Shown here piece by piece: positions 49,753-63,678 of a stretch of 64,000 nt of DNA. Source of the stretch: Tubulanus polymorphus (taxonomy: Eukaryota > Animalia > Nemertea). The position numbers and the translations under genes were made by a program. The stretch is taken from assembly GCF_964204645.1 (NCBI RefSeq), contig NC_134035.1, positions 5,394,001-5,458,000 of the forward strand. Reading direction: 5' to 3'. The first letter of the stretch is position 1. The number at the start of each line of letters is the position of its first letter. The notes beneath the pieces were generated by a model that saw nothing but the letters and a program-made list of their open reading frames with translations, made no database searches and had not been told where the DNA came from.

Positions 49753-50779
49753 TAGTTGGGAAATGTTTTTTAGCAAATTTCTTTTGTCACCTTTTTGGTG
49801 TCCGCAAATATTTTCTATTTCTGGAACACAGGAATAGAGCCGTTTTAAATCTATTTTTAGATTATGACATTTTACCCATTTATAACGTAATTCAAGGTTA
49901 TCTTGAATCTTAATTCTCTCCGTGTGGAAATATTTGAAGGCAAAGGTGAATTGATTTCAGGGCGGCTGTTCCCTTTCCCTCAATATGCCAGCTCGCTACC
50001 TCCATTCCTCTCCCACTATTGTCTCCGCTGCTTCTCTTGATCTCTCTGCCCCTCTGTCATTTTCCCGTGATCTGATATAGACCTAGGCCCAGTTCCACAG
50101 TTGTGAATTAGAGTTAACTCTCTGAGTTAAAATTAGTTCATTTTCAATGTTTTAACTCAGAATAAAACCTTGACTCACGAATGTAGAACTGGGCCCTAAG
50201 GAGGATCTTTCAACGACCAGTGTAAAAGAATTTTGTAACGAATCTAATTTTATGTATGAATCTTTTTATTACAACGAACTAGTGATGTAAATACAGTAAA
50301 TGTTTGTAGTTTTAGTAATAAAAACAAATAAACAGATAAAGCAGCAATAAAAATAATACAAAACTTATGTATACGATTTAAAGTAGATTATTGAGTAGGT
50401 ACAACATTATATACTAGTGACGCTTTAAATGAGTAATATTTGAGACAAATTAAGTAGTGAACTCGTAACAGGACTGGATGCAGTTCTGAGTAGATCTCAA
50501 ATACTGGGGGCACACATTTAGTAATATAGAAGTAGAAATTCGCAATGTGTTGTGAATATATTGATAATAATATATTCTACTCTAATTTGACAATGCTATG
50601 AGATGGAAGTGAGCTAAATGTAGTCTAACATACTCTTTATAGTTTGTATATAATGTATAATCTAATATACTCTGTATAATATGTGAAGAAGATCTTAAGT
50701 TAGTGTGATTTCTCAGTAGAGTCTCGGTTAAAGTTCTCTGATCCGAGTTTTAAAATCCATGATTGTTCACGCAATTATT

Positions 50780-51748
50780 TTACAAAGCAGTCTTTGTAGG
50801 CTCAGATTGCGTGGGGTCGTTTTGGTCATACGGTGGTGGGGCGACCATTCCTGCGTACTGTACCGCGGCCGGGTTCTGCTCTGCCCCGCGTACGTTGGTG
50901 GCGTCCGCGCTGGTTGTAGCAGGCGGCGGCGCGTAATTCAAATAGACGACGACCGCCGACTGATTGGCCGCTCGGGACGACGTCCCGCTGCGACAACACA
51001 CCGCTCGACAACAATACGCCGATTGGAGGATCGCGATTACGAATTCGACCAATGAGAAGATGACGATGAACGAATGCATAGCGACGTTCATCGGATGATA
51101 GATGTAGCGTCGGCAGTTGTAACCGTGGGGACAGCTATACCGGGTCCAGCGGAACCGATCGATCGGGATCAATACGGCCGATATAATCATCACGCTGATA
51201 GCGACGACGGCGCTGATAATACACAGGACCATCGTTGCGACGAGGATCTTCTTGCGTGCGAAACGACTACCCATTCCTAAACTACCGGCCACCATGAAAC
51301 AAACGCCGCCCCAAATTCCCTGACCGATCGCCGCGAATCGGGACTCGCGACTGGCGACTAGGATCACCTGAGCGACAATCACCAGTCCGCCGCATATCAG
51401 CTGGATTATGCCCATAGCCATGTGAGCTTTACGATGAGGGTACCGGGTCGTATCTGCTCGGGTCGTATCCTGCTGCATCTGTTGTTGCCCCAGCGGCTGA
51501 TATTGAACTTGCTGCATTTGGGGCATAGTCGTCATGACAACCTGCGGTTGGTTATGCATCGCTATGGGAACGTGTTGCGCCATGACGACTGGTTGCGGGC
51601 AGGCGCTGTATACTAGTTGTTGATTGGCTGGTGCAGTCGGTATAGTGATGTTTTGAGGCAGGCCACCTGCTGCTGGTGCCGTGTATGCGTATTGGATAGC
51701 TGGCTGTTCGTGTCCATTACTGTTAACGGCAGCTTGAGTTGAAGACAT
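50780..51748 (-). CDS. MS4A/CD20-like four-TM protein with Gln/Pro-rich N-terminus, single coding exon
   Basis: Likely start MSSTQ at 51748, downstream of an acceptor at about 51786. Contains MGIIQLICG, GQGIWGGVCFMVAGSLG, MVLCIISAVVA, an extracellular Cys pair, SLVEFVIAILQSAYCCRAVCC and a PPPY tail. Confidence 0.8.
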   Translation of the reverse strand: MSSTQAAVNSNGHEQPAIQYAYTAPAAGGLPQNITIPTAPANQQLVYSACPQPVVMAQHVPIAMHNQPQVVMTTMPQMQQVQYQPLGQQQMQQDTTRADTTRYPHRKAHMAMGIIQLICGGLVIVAQVILVASRESRFAAIGQGIWGGVCFMVAGSLGMGSRFARKKILVATMVLCIISAVVAISVMIISAVLIPIDRFRWTRYSCPHGYNCRRYIYHPMNVAMHSFIVIFSLVEFVIAILQSAYCCRAVCCRSGTSSRAANQSAVVVYLNYAPPPATTSADATNVRGAEQNPAAVQYAGMVAPPPYDQNDPTQSEPTKTAL

Positions 51749-52350
51749 GTTCACCGTCTGTATTATTGTGTGTGTGTTTGTCCCCTGAAATTGTAAAATA
51801 TACATTCATTAATCATGACACATATATATTGATTCGGTCAAATTTAGTTTCATGAATTCATTTACATAAAAAAGAAAGAAAATTGTCATTGACGAAAATA
51901 TCTGACCACGAAAATTATAAACCACCAAAAAAACGGAAAAACTAACTAACTGCGCATTTAAAAACAATTGATTTTCCATTTGCATCATGCATGGGGGGTT
52001 CATATTTCAGGACTTTATTTGTTGATAAGCGTGGAATTAATTCGGTTGATCGTATTATAATTACCCTGCGCGCTATGTAATTACAAAGCTCGGATGATTA
52101 ATCAAACGTTGATCATTAGTAATCGCGGAAGTATTATGAGCAAAACTTGGGAAAACCCAGAACGTAAATCCCAAAATAAGCGACCGTTTCCTCAAATTCA
52201 AATTTACTATATTGATAAATGTTTAGCGGCGGTCGCTACGTTGACGTATTTACTTCCGGGTTCTCGATTCGACGACGCGATGCATGGTCAGAATTGTGCA
52301 GGTTTCAGCAAGTTTTCAGCGGCGTCAGCAGCACAGAACCGACCTCAATA

Positions 52351-55300
52351 ATGGACAAGATGGACTTCTCGTTACTGTTAACCTTGGCGCAGGGAAACCA
52401 AAAAGATAAAAAAGAAGTAAGGCTTAGAAATTTTGACTTGAAAATGGTAGTGAATGAATGAATATGCTAAATCTAAAAATAAAAATAGCCTAGGTTATTT
52501 TTAGAAATTTGGAAAATGCTATATCATTGCATAATAAAATGAATACAAGAACACTGATATTGAGGTTCTGACCCAAGAATCCTTGAAGTACAATGTTTAG
52601 TAGGCCTACATTTAAACCAGGCCCACCATTTGAAAAAGGCCTATTATATGAATTTAATTTAACAGAAGGAAAATTTCTCATTAAATCAGACCAGTTTTTT
52701 TAGCTTCATTTAGGTAATGAAAAATCTGGCTCATACACTTGAAGAGCAGTCTCGTCACAATGGCGGCGCCAGTGGAGTTGCGATAATAAATGTTTATCCG
52801 TTGTTTGTTTAATTGTATTGTAGCAGTCGAAGAGGGAACCGCGAAAATTCAGCACGGTCGTACCGCCCCCGAAAAAAGAGAGCAAAACTCAGAAACCAGT
52901 CGTCGCGAAGGATGCGATCAAATCACTTTTAGAGAAGAAGAAACAAGAGGAGAAAGCGGCGAGAAAAAGGCGAAGTACGTCAACGCGTGGGCTTTGAGTA
53001 GTTGGGCCAGAGTTCTACATTTCGGATTGAAAGTCCAATGACCGCCATCTGTTACAAACGTTCAAGTGGGCTGGGAAAGCAACTTGGCACAATAGAATTG
53101 AATTTTAAGCGCAAAATGTTGCCCTTAGTTTGTGTTCAATTCCCGGGCAGAGATTACTCTTTCAGAGATTAAGGATAGGGGAAGAGAACTGTATTTTATA
53201 GACTTGTCAATTATTATAATTATCATTACTATATTACCATAGGTGCCGCCAAAATTTGAAAAATATTGGTCTCTAAAAGTCTAGGGCCTGTTTTGAATAC
53301 CTCAGGCGTAGTACAAATTGGCAATTGTGCTAATACTGTCAGAAATAGATTTAACAATTTTTAAATTTCTTACTTAGGTCAAATCTTATATTGAATGTTT
53401 TAGCGGATGAATTATTATTTTAGAGTTCATTAAGACGAGGCTCCACTGAATCGGCAGCCCCACTTGTTGAACAAGAAATTTTTTGAAATGCACTTTCTCA
53501 AAAAGGCGCTGTCTCGAGTTGATGACAGTTAGTAGTAATTCATGTTATATCCTCTAGTGACAAATATCATGATTTTCACTCAGATCTCAGAGTGGGAAAA
53601 TCGAAAAAATTTCCCTGTGCTTGCGTGATTGCAACTGAGCTGCAATCTCGTATATTGAACTAACAAAGGAACCCGCTTAATTCGAATAATTTGGGACCAA
53701 CAAAATTCATCCTGTATTTGGGAAATCCGGATTAAAAGTAATTTTCTTCTATATGATAAACAAATGACCGCAAATGTTGTCCGGATTAGACCAAAAAACG
53801 GATTAAGCCGATCCGGATTAAGCGGGTTTGACTGTTGTTCAACAACAGAAAAAATTCAAAACTACCCAACTGAAAATTTTATTTCCTTCCGATGGCCCTG
53901 ATGGGTAAAAAATTGTAATCGGATATTCATTTGCATTTCAGTCGAAGCAATTGTGAAAAAAGACCTCGATAAACGCAACAAGGGCAACAAAAAACTGCAA
54001 CATGACGAGAAAAAGGAGTATAAACTCGATCCGGACGAGTTGTTCGCCAAGCAACATAAACAATACGTCGAACAGAAATATACGAAAGACAAATTGAACG
54101 CCTTGAATTTACAAGAGAAACTGCTGCGTATAAAATCGAACATGATCGGGGGAATCCCCGTCATCGAGAAGGAAGAACCGCCGCAGCAACAGGCGCCGGT
54201 AGAGAAAAAAGACCGTGATTCGGAAAAGCGCAGCAGAGATAGCGCCTCGAGTAAATCGTCGTCGCACGGGAGGGATCATAAAAAATCGTCGTCGGGTCAG
54301 ATCAAAGAATTTAAAAGTCGCCGAAGTCGTAGTCGTAGTCGGTCACCTTCGCCGCAAGTCGACGTCAAGAAGAGTGTCGCCGCAAAAGATAGGACGAAAA
54401 CGAAACGACCGCCGCCGCCGGCAGTTCTGTCGTTCGACGATTTGATGAAAATGGCGCAGGATAAGTCGGCGTCGGACGGCAAGGCGGCGCCACCGGACGA
54501 AAAGAAAGAGAAGGAAAAGAAGAAACCGGAGATTCCGCGGCCGAAGGGCATGCCCGACCGGCCGATGACGCAGGACGAGAAAGAACACTGGTTGCGTAAA
54601 CAAACGAAGGAATATCAGGATTGGATCCGACACGGTAAAGAACGACCTCAGTTCGAGATCGTGAATAACAAACGCCGACGACCGAAGTATACGACGGCCG
54701 GGCAACCGCTGAACGACGGACGCGGACCGAATTTCAAAAGTCGCGAGCGCTTGCCATCGGCTTCGGAGAGCGACGACGAATTGCCAGATCCGAATGCGTC
54801 TGCCGGCGCCGGAAATACGGCGTCGAGGTCGAATAGTTCCGCGTCGAAAAAGGATGCAAGGAATATTAGCGGTAGTAAGTTGAATAGTTCGGTGTCGAAA
54901 AACGTTGTTAGGAATAGTAATAGTAACGCCAGGAATAGTAATAGTAATGCCGGTAGTAGTGGTAGCAGTAGCGGTGCTAGTTCGAAAAATAATTCCATTC
55001 CGGCGAAAAGTTCTTCGAAATTTCAAACCGCGTCGCGTAACGGTCACAATATTTCCGCTCAAGATTCACGTAAAACGCCGTCGTCGTCGAAAATTGCTCA
55101 AAACAACGTGTCGCGACCGTCCGTCGACAAACGTTCGGGATCGACGCCGAACGTCGGGAAAATAACGAAAAAAATTCATTTGTCAGAAAATCGCGAGCGG
55201 TCGGTCCTGAGTAAGACCGTTAGTAACCGCAGTACTTCGTCATCGGGAACGAAGGGTTCGAACAACAATTCGAAGTCGCGCAATTCGCAATCGGAATCGC

Positions 55301-57505
55301 GAAATCGACAGAAAAGTTCCCAGTTGAAAAACGGTTCGTCCGCTCGATCGAACGATTCGAATCGGACGCTGTCAGGTCGCGGTGGCGCTAGCGGTCGTTC
55401 AGACGATCGAGCGAAAGCGATCGCGAAGAAAAATAGTTACGCCGAGGAGAACGATAACGTTCTGGTGTGTCGTCCGGCAGCGGCTGAGGAACCGTTGAAT
55501 CCGTGGGATCGAATTTACGGCGAGATTCAACGCAATCGGCCCGGTAAGAATTTAAACTTTTTAATTGTTTTGATTTTAGTCTTATCCACACAGTCAGTGA
55601 ATGATGGTTGATTTGTTCTTTTATTGAACACATCAAGCAGTCTGTAGTCTGGACCCATTAACAGATATTCTGCCTGTCATCTGCTGCCTAGTGTCTGGTC
55701 ATCTGGACTCATTTCCGGACTATCTCTGAGACATTTTTTATTGAAAATGAAGAGCCAACACTTAACATTTGAAATTTTATCAGCACACTTTCAGAAACTG
55801 ATCGTCCACACTAACACTTACAGTAGTAAATGTCTGAAGTGGTCAAGTGGTTCTAGTATTTGATGAGCAAAACCGGCAGTTGATGATATAACAGTTTATT
55901 CTGACAGTTTCGAAGTTTTGACTATAAAACTTCACATTAGAGGAATGAAAACAAAACTTTGAAACTGTCAAAATGTATTGTTAAATCATATCATCAACTG
56001 TGGGTTTCTCTCATTAACTCTTGAAATACTGAGATTATTGTCAACCAGTCAAGATGAATTTTGACGAAGTGTCAGTTTTTTGGTGAAATGCGTTTCACAT
56101 TCGTCTTATTTGAATTATACAGTTAAACGGCGTCACGTGGAAGATGAATACGATGATGAGGACGATTATTACGATGAAGAAGATGATTTTATCGACGACG
56201 AAGATGACAACGATAGTTTCATCGACGACGGACCGATCGGTGGTCAGGAGGATATCAGCTCGGTTATCAAACAAATCTTTAAATACGACAAACGAAAGTA
56301 AGAAAAAAATTCTTGTCATTTCATTTCTATTTGATGACATCAATACCTCAGTAAGCTTCAGTTGAACTCAAGTAAATACTTGGGTAAGATGAAAAACGAT
56401 TCTCTAGTTATTTCATTTCTATTTCGACATCCATACCTCGGTTTAAGCTTCAGTTGAACCTTATCATTACGAACTCTGAAAATTTAGAGGCTAGTGATAT
56501 AAATGGAATTATGATTGTCATCATTTTTGTGGTGCTCTAATAGGTTGGCCTGGAAAACTCGGGGAATCAGAAAAAATCAGGAACTCAAAAAAAACCTGGA
56601 AAATTCATGGAATTCAGATAATGCTACTTATTGTACTTACTGCTACTAATTGTCCACTTAGTTCTTTATCAGTACGTGATTCAATGAAAAATGAATTTAA
56701 ACATTTTAAACCTAAAATTTCCTCAAGTTCACTCAAGAAATTTTGTTTAATCACATGGACAAATCAGGGAAAACTCAAAAATTGGGGATTTGTAAATGTG
56801 TGGAAAGTGGTCACCCTGCCTTTGGTCTGGCCCTGTGGTTTTATAGACTGGTTTAAATTTTTATTCGGCAGTTAACTCGATTGGCAACGAATTGAGTTGA
56901 CACCTTGAATTGACACCTTGAATTATACTGGAAAATATTACCAATAAAAAAAAACTGTCCCCTGAATTGTTGTAATCACTTAACTGAATATAATATGGAA
57001 CTGTCTGTTATCTAACAGTTTTTCTGATGCCGAAGCTCTCTGTATATCAGGACCTGTCTGTCTGTAAAATCTTTGTTGATGGATAAGTGAAATATCTACT
57101 CTTTAATTTCAGATATCGCGACGAAGATGAAGATCTGAGTTGTATGGAAGCGAGTTTTGCTCAGCAAATGAAGGAAGAAGCTAGGAGGTTTGTATTACAC
57201 TTAAACTTTATCAACTCGGATAAGTAATACACAACTTAAATCATCTCTTTTTGAGTCGCGATTTATATTTGCCAAACGTAATTCGTCATTTGGATAAGTT
57301 ACCACAGTTCTCAGAGTGATGAGTTATCAGACGTCGACTGAACGATAAATTTTCATGAAATCGCGGTTCACTTATAACGTATGATGACTTTTATTTCAGT
57401 GCTCGACTCGGGCGGGAGGAGGATCTCGAAGACATTCGTCGCGAAGAAGAGGAATTGAAGAGACGAAAAATGTTACTCATGAAAAAGAAGATGAAGACTA
57501 AATGA
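52351..57505 (+). CDS. SPTY2D1: SPT2 chromatin protein homolog, 6 coding exons
   Basis: Starts MDKMDFSLLLTLAQGNQ and continues KFSTVVPPPKK, PPPAVLSFDDLMKMA, RPMTQDEKE and a long Ser-rich region. The C-terminal SPT2 domain reads DSFIDDG...DISSVIKQIFKYDKRKY...MEASFAQQMKEEARSARLGREEDLEDIRREEEE. Confidence 0.9.
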
Positions 57506-59065
57506 TGAACCGATGAATAGAACAATTTTTCCGATGATATTTGATTTGCCATTGAGGATCAAACGTAGCCCTTGGAGTAATCATTTGTCTTGAATGATTA
57601 CTCCAAGCGTAGCCTAAATAAACTATTCCTTGATGCTAATTATATTCCTTATTAACTAATTTGATTGGAAATATTTCTTGATTTTGAGGGATGTTTTCTC
57701 GGAGAATAACTTTGATTCCTATAAGTCTATCTACTCTTGCTAAGTTGGTTGGAGAATTTTAAGTCGAGGGGCGTATTTAGTAGTTTGATTAAAAAATCTA
57801 TTCCATAGTTAATAGGTAAATAACTTTTAATTGATAGGTAAATTACTTAACGTAATCATTTTTTGTGTGTTTCTTGTATTAATGGGGTGTGGCTCGTATT
57901 AAGATAATTACCAAATCACTGTAGAAACTGTCGACTCTGCTTTATTTGGTACTAGTCCTTACATATGTACGAATATATGTATATGTGTGTGTATATTTTA
58001 TTCCTAAAACTATATATCGCGTGAATGCAGCACAAAATCATAGAATATAAGCATAGATATTTCAATGTTTTGCCAAAATATGATGCACTGAATATGTGGA
58101 ATGATATTTATAAATTTTGAATAAATGGCGGATACTTGTATTATTTCTATGCCCTATAAAAAATGTGGTGGCCATCCTGGTCGGGTGCTTGGAACATTTT
58201 CCGTTTCAAGCATTTCTAAGCAGCATTTAAACTTGTGTCTCATCGCAGTTGTTAAAAACAATCGTTGATAATTTATTAAGAAAGAAAGAAATCGTGACTC
58301 CTATTTAGGTCAACAAATAAATGTACGACTTACTATAATTGATAAAACGTTAAAAGTTGAAATTTTTTTGTACGTATTTCTCAATTCTGAGGAAACATAC
58401 GTTGGATCAGGACTGGTGTGTGAATCTGGCAAAAAATTAGGATACCTTCAGTCAGGCCAACTGTGGTGGGGTTTTGTAGTTGGGGACTTGTGTGGCAGCC
58501 TAAGATCTTGCAGGAGTGGTAGTAGTCTGAATACCAGTCGTTGTTACGGTTCCGTTGTTTCAGGAACAACGCTAGGTACTAATAGGCTATGTCTATTTAT
58601 TAATGGATGAGACCTGTTTTTCTGGGATATTTTACTTACTTTTTGGGGTACATACCTCATTTATGTCTTAACAGAATGCCAAAAATCGCGGACAACAACT
58701 GAATATCCGATATATTTCCAGTTCTGTACCAATTAGATGGATTGGCAAAAAGACTCCTTAATTAGACTAGAGTGGTAGAAGATTACGACGATGTCCAGTG
58801 AACTCAAGTTGGTGAAAACTACGAACCAGGCCAGCCAAATAATCGAAGCCACTAAAACCTGACATCATTCCGTCGAATTTAACTAAATTGGAGAACCGGG
58901 CCGAATACTTGATCATCGATGATCTGTTACATAAACCATATCCATGTTTTTAATAATCTGTCCGCGTTTTTATTCCGTTGCCGAATCCGTGTATTATTGT
59001 GTACCGGGTATATATTCTTCAAAACAAATTTACATATATAGAAATACCGCTTAAAAACCCATAAA

Positions 59066-62000
59066 ATGACTCGTCATCAACGGAATAGCACGGCTGGATC
59101 AGTTTATACGTATCACGAGAGAAAGAAAGATGCTAAACAGTCCGGATACGGCTCCGATAATATCAGATTCGGCAAAGATTCCATGAAAGTAAGCAATCAA
59201 TTCAACCAAATTAAATTTTATTCCTAAAATTTCCCATTAAAAATTGTGGCGTGTAATTGATTTGTTGTATTTCAGGAGTTTGACTGCTGTTGTTTGACGT
59301 TACAGCCTTGCAGGAATCCTGTTATTACGTATGTATGATTGACAGATTCTACTACAATTTGCCAAGACTTAAGTCTTACTCATAAAACTTTAATCAATGT
59401 ACGTTAATATAATCTTTTAGATGATTTCTTCTAATTTTAACTTCAAGAAAGTGTTTAAGGTCTTGATTTGGTGCTCAAATCTGACGCAAAAAATGTCCTC
59501 CTTTAAGAGGTTATGGTTATGGAATGAAAATAAAATTGGCATTTTCTTGTACCACTTTATGATGCTTTGAAGCCGAGGAACCATGCATGTATTGTGCATA
59601 TTCTATTTAAATGCAGACCCGAAGGATTCCTGTTCGACAAAGAAGCTCTCATCGAATATATTCTACAACAGAAAAAAGACATCGCACGAAAATTGAAAGA
59701 ATACGAAAAACAGAAGAAAAAAGAACAGGTTAAAAATTCTTTGTTGGTTTTTGTGACCGCGGGATGTAATTAGATACTCATACGTTAGAAAGTCATTCGA
59801 CGTATCGACACGATTCATCCCTAAATCAAACGACAACGCTCGCTGTGTTTTCTGATGACTGCGATTGACTCGAGATCAAGCATCGCGGACAGATACGAAA
59901 CATACATTCTCCATTGTGGCCTCATTCGAATAATCGCTTTGAAATAAATGTTATAATCAAACCTTTTTGAGAGTATTTTCTGCTCTTTTTTACGAAGTCA
60001 CTACTCGCAAAAATATCTTGATACACTTAACTCTCAAAATCAGATTCAATTCCACCGATGAAGAGTTACAGCTACCCTTAAATTTGTTGATAGTATTGTG
60101 ACCGCGGGATGTGATCAGATACTCGTACGTTAGAAAGTCATTCAACGTATCGACACGATTCATCCCTAAATCAAACGACAACGCTCGCTGTGTTTTCTGA
60201 TGACTGCGATTGACTCGAGACCAAGCATCGCGGACAGATACGAAACATACATTCAATTTAGGATTAGGGAACTGCACTTGAGATATATCTGTGAAAAAAC
60301 TATCCGTAAGTTTAGATGGTATTTCGTTCTCGTTTCAGTCGGATGAAAAGGAATTGTTCGCTAAAGAACGTCAAAGTAAAGTAGAGAAATTCGTCGAGAA
60401 GGAGAGCAGTATTATCAGTCGCCCGCACGATGCCTTCAAGAGTAAAGGTAATTTGTTTTCTTCTGAGACCATGTTGTGACGATGATATGAAACTGCAGGG
60501 CTGGATTTAGGGGGGTGGTCTCGGACGTCTGAACCCCTGCCTTCCCATTGAGGTTGCCTTTTTCGTCTAGTCGAAGATCATTAAAACCTGCTAGTTCTTC
60601 AAAAATATCTGATAACAAGGGTGGGAACTGCTAGTAGCCTATGAAAGCGTTGCTCTATCCGAGAAATGCCTTTTATTTTCTTTTGGACCCTGGCTTTCCA
60701 AATTTCCAAGATCGGCCCCTGGATTGCGCGCTTAAAACGAAAACTGATGTGTATAAGAACACTTGCTGATTAATTATATTTTTTGTAGACACAGCAGGTG
60801 AAGGAACCAGTAAACAAACTGCTGCTGCTGCGTCGGTCAGTAATATGGTTAATGGTAAAGATAAAGCGTTACCCAGTTTTTGGATTCCTACTTTAACGCC
60901 GCAATCGAAGCCGACACTCGTCCAAAAACCGGTAACTTCTCTTCCTTAGCTCATGCGCTTCATAGTTCTGTAGGTGAGGGGCTGGTTGCTGAAAAGTTGG
61001 TGAAAGATAGATGACGGATAAAATACCATAGTAGCAATGCAAGTTCGATTGTCACTATGTCAACTTTTCACTGGTTAACTCTAACCAACTTTTGAGCCAC
61101 TTCAGTCCGGAACTTTATCTGATAGATCGCTGTTATGACGATCAGTTGATCTATGCTTTTCCAGGATGAGAAAGTTCGATGTCCGATGAGTGGAAAAGTG
61201 TTGAAGATGAAAGATCTGACTCCTATCGAATTCACACTCGCCAAAGACGGAGACAAAAGATCATTAATCACTAAAGACGTAAGTAGATAAAATGTGTCAC
61301 CAAAATCCGAGGTCAGTTCCCCGTGCTCCTGTCCCCCCCCCCTGTTGAGTAAGACATTGTTGCTGTTAATTTCTAGTTGCGTTATGTTTGCCCGGTTACG
61401 AATGACGCTCTCGGAAATTCGGTGCCCTGCGCAGCTTTAAAAACGTCGTAAGTTAAATTCGATCCTTCTATCGTTTTTAATCCTTTGATAATTTGCATAA
61501 GATTGTCGATCCGCTATATGTTGTCAAATTCGATAAAATCTATTCTTTGTTTCCAGCGGTAAAGTTGTGACAATGGAATGCGTGGAGAAACTGATTAAGA
61601 AAGACATGTTAGATCCGTTTAACAGCAAGAAAATGACCGATAAAGATATAATTCCACTTCAACGAGTAAATATTGATTTGCTCCAGTTCCACAGTCGGAT
61701 GCTCAGCCTCCTCATCAGGGATCATCCATTCATTACGTACACAAAAATTTCCGAAAATTTAGACCCCCTTCCTCCCCAGCCTAACACTCACGCGTATGCT
61801 CAAGTTTACCCTCCCCATGCGTAGGTACTTCCTCCACATCTGCAGGCCACCAGCCCAATTTCAACACGCTCAACCCCATATACATTTCATGATGAGCAAC
61901 AAGAATGAAGATTCAATTCAGACATATTGATTAGCCCTACTTAACGACTTATAGAAATGAAAATAAACCTCCGATTAATGAAATGGATTAATATTAGGTA

Positions 62001-62659
62001 AAAATTTAGGTAGAAAAATATTTGGGTAATTTTTTGGTTGGGTAGAAACTTGGGTAGAAATATTTAGGTAATTTTTTACCTAATAAATGGTGGATAAAAA
62101 ACGGATATAAATTCTATATTTATAAGGCTTTTTACCGGTACTTAAAAAGCCTGAGCATGTTGATAATTATGTAAGGATGAGTCCACTATGTAGAAAAAGG
62201 GTGGTAGACAACAAAGACAAGATAGATTCATGTGATAAAATTAACATCATTTGTACAAAATTGTTGACAATTTAATAAGACCCCTCCCTCCTCTGGCTTA
62301 TGATGTAATAAATGGATGACCCCTCACTAACTCTTAAATGATAATGATTTATTTCTCGAAAGCTTTTGGTGTTAAAACAACCTCAGAGCAATCTAAACCA
62401 AACCAGATCAAAATAACACAATTAGTAGAACTAAAATCAGTCATAGAATTGTCTAGATATAAAAAAACAATTCAGTTGATTTTTGGCCTTGACCTCAGCA
62501 CTTAGTTTGTCAAAAAATTACAAGGTTTAATGAAAATACTTTATAAAATTGATATTTGAATGTGGTATGTATTTGTTTCTATTTAAGGGTGCTACAGGGT
62601 TTGCCGGATCTGGACTGAAACTAGAGGCTAAGAAAGATCGACCAACACTGCAGGCTTAG
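59066..62659 (+). CDS. NOSIP: Nitric oxide synthase-interacting protein (U-box/RING-like), multi-exon
   Basis: MTRHQRNSTAGSVYTYHERKKD, FDCCCLTLQPCRNPVITPEGFLFDKEALIEYI, LPSFWIPTLTP, CPMSGK, YVCPVTNDAL and IIPLQRGATGFAGSG...RPTLQA*. Confidence 0.94.
59752..60253. repeat. Near-identical direct duplication of about 155 bp in a NOSIP intron
   Basis: tgtgaccgcgggatgt...cggacagatacgaaacatacattc occurs at about 59752-59909 and 60097-60254. Confidence 0.9.
61717..62324. mobile_element. Non-autonomous TIR element in the last NOSIP intron
   Basis: Imperfect inverted ends agggatcatccattcattacgt and atgtaataaatggatgacccct, with C-rich subterminal tracts. Confidence 0.6.
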
Positions 62660-63678
62660 TAGATTCATGGCTGGCATAACAGAGCTGAAAACCCTTCAAA
62701 GAGTCGGAAGATCAGAATTCTGATGGAGGTCAACATGGCAAATTTGCAGCCCTGAAAAGTTGAGGTCAACACATTTTGATAAATTGCAAATTTGTATTTT
62801 GATTATTGTAAATTATGTACATAGATTTCACGGACACCAGCGATGTATTTTAGATTATATGAATTAAAGATTTGTTAATAGTATTGTTGTTGTAAATGCT
62901 TTTATTGTAAAATGTAAATAAATGTACATATCTGATGTCGGAAAATTTAAAGTTGTTGACATTTTTTCGATAAAGTATGTTTTTGATGGATTTTTAGTTT
63001 GAGGAATGAGTTTCGGATCTGGGCCGCGAAAGGATTATGGATAAATCCTAGTAAAATTTGACTTTAAACTTCCAAGAAGGAAGTTCCTGGCCCGAATAGG
63101 ATCTTTTGCCTGATAAAACTACCGTCCGATGCTGCCATCTACTGCCCTTGCGTGGAACTACGCAAAAAATAAGAAGATGGATTTAGCTGAAGAAACTGGA
63201 TGGCAACCGCATTTAGCGGGTTTATTGAATAGATTGAAGCGTACAGGAGATTACCACGAGTTCAGGGCGATTGAAACCGACTCCAGAAGAGTTTTATTTT
63301 GCGCTCAAAAAAACTACCTTCGGTGAGTATCAATTCAATTCAATGTAGTTTATATTGCGAGCTATAAACGTGGACTGAGTTTACACAGACAGAAAACAAC
63401 GTTCTTTTCTACGAAGTCTCAGTTGAAATGAACGCGTAGTTCGATAGGAAACAATTGTGTGGATGTTGGTTTTTATTTCTGAAGGGGTTTTTACAAATGA
63501 CATGCGCCTAAAAAGCTGGAGGATGGCTCAACAGAGTCAAAAGTAGACAGAAAACTCAGACAACTGGTTCTCCTTCAGCAGTTCAGTTTGTGGAGCGATT
63601 TAATTTCTCAAAAGCCGTGTTTTTTCAGATGCGATCAAACAAACTGTACGCTGCATGTGCTTGTAGTAAATAAGTAAG

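Noticed and set aside
63129-63326. 65-aa ORF as first coding exon of MTG2
   Set aside because: Stops precede the ATG at 63679 in the next exon, and that ATG already begins a plausible mitochondrial presequence, so the upstream exon is more likely 5'UTR.
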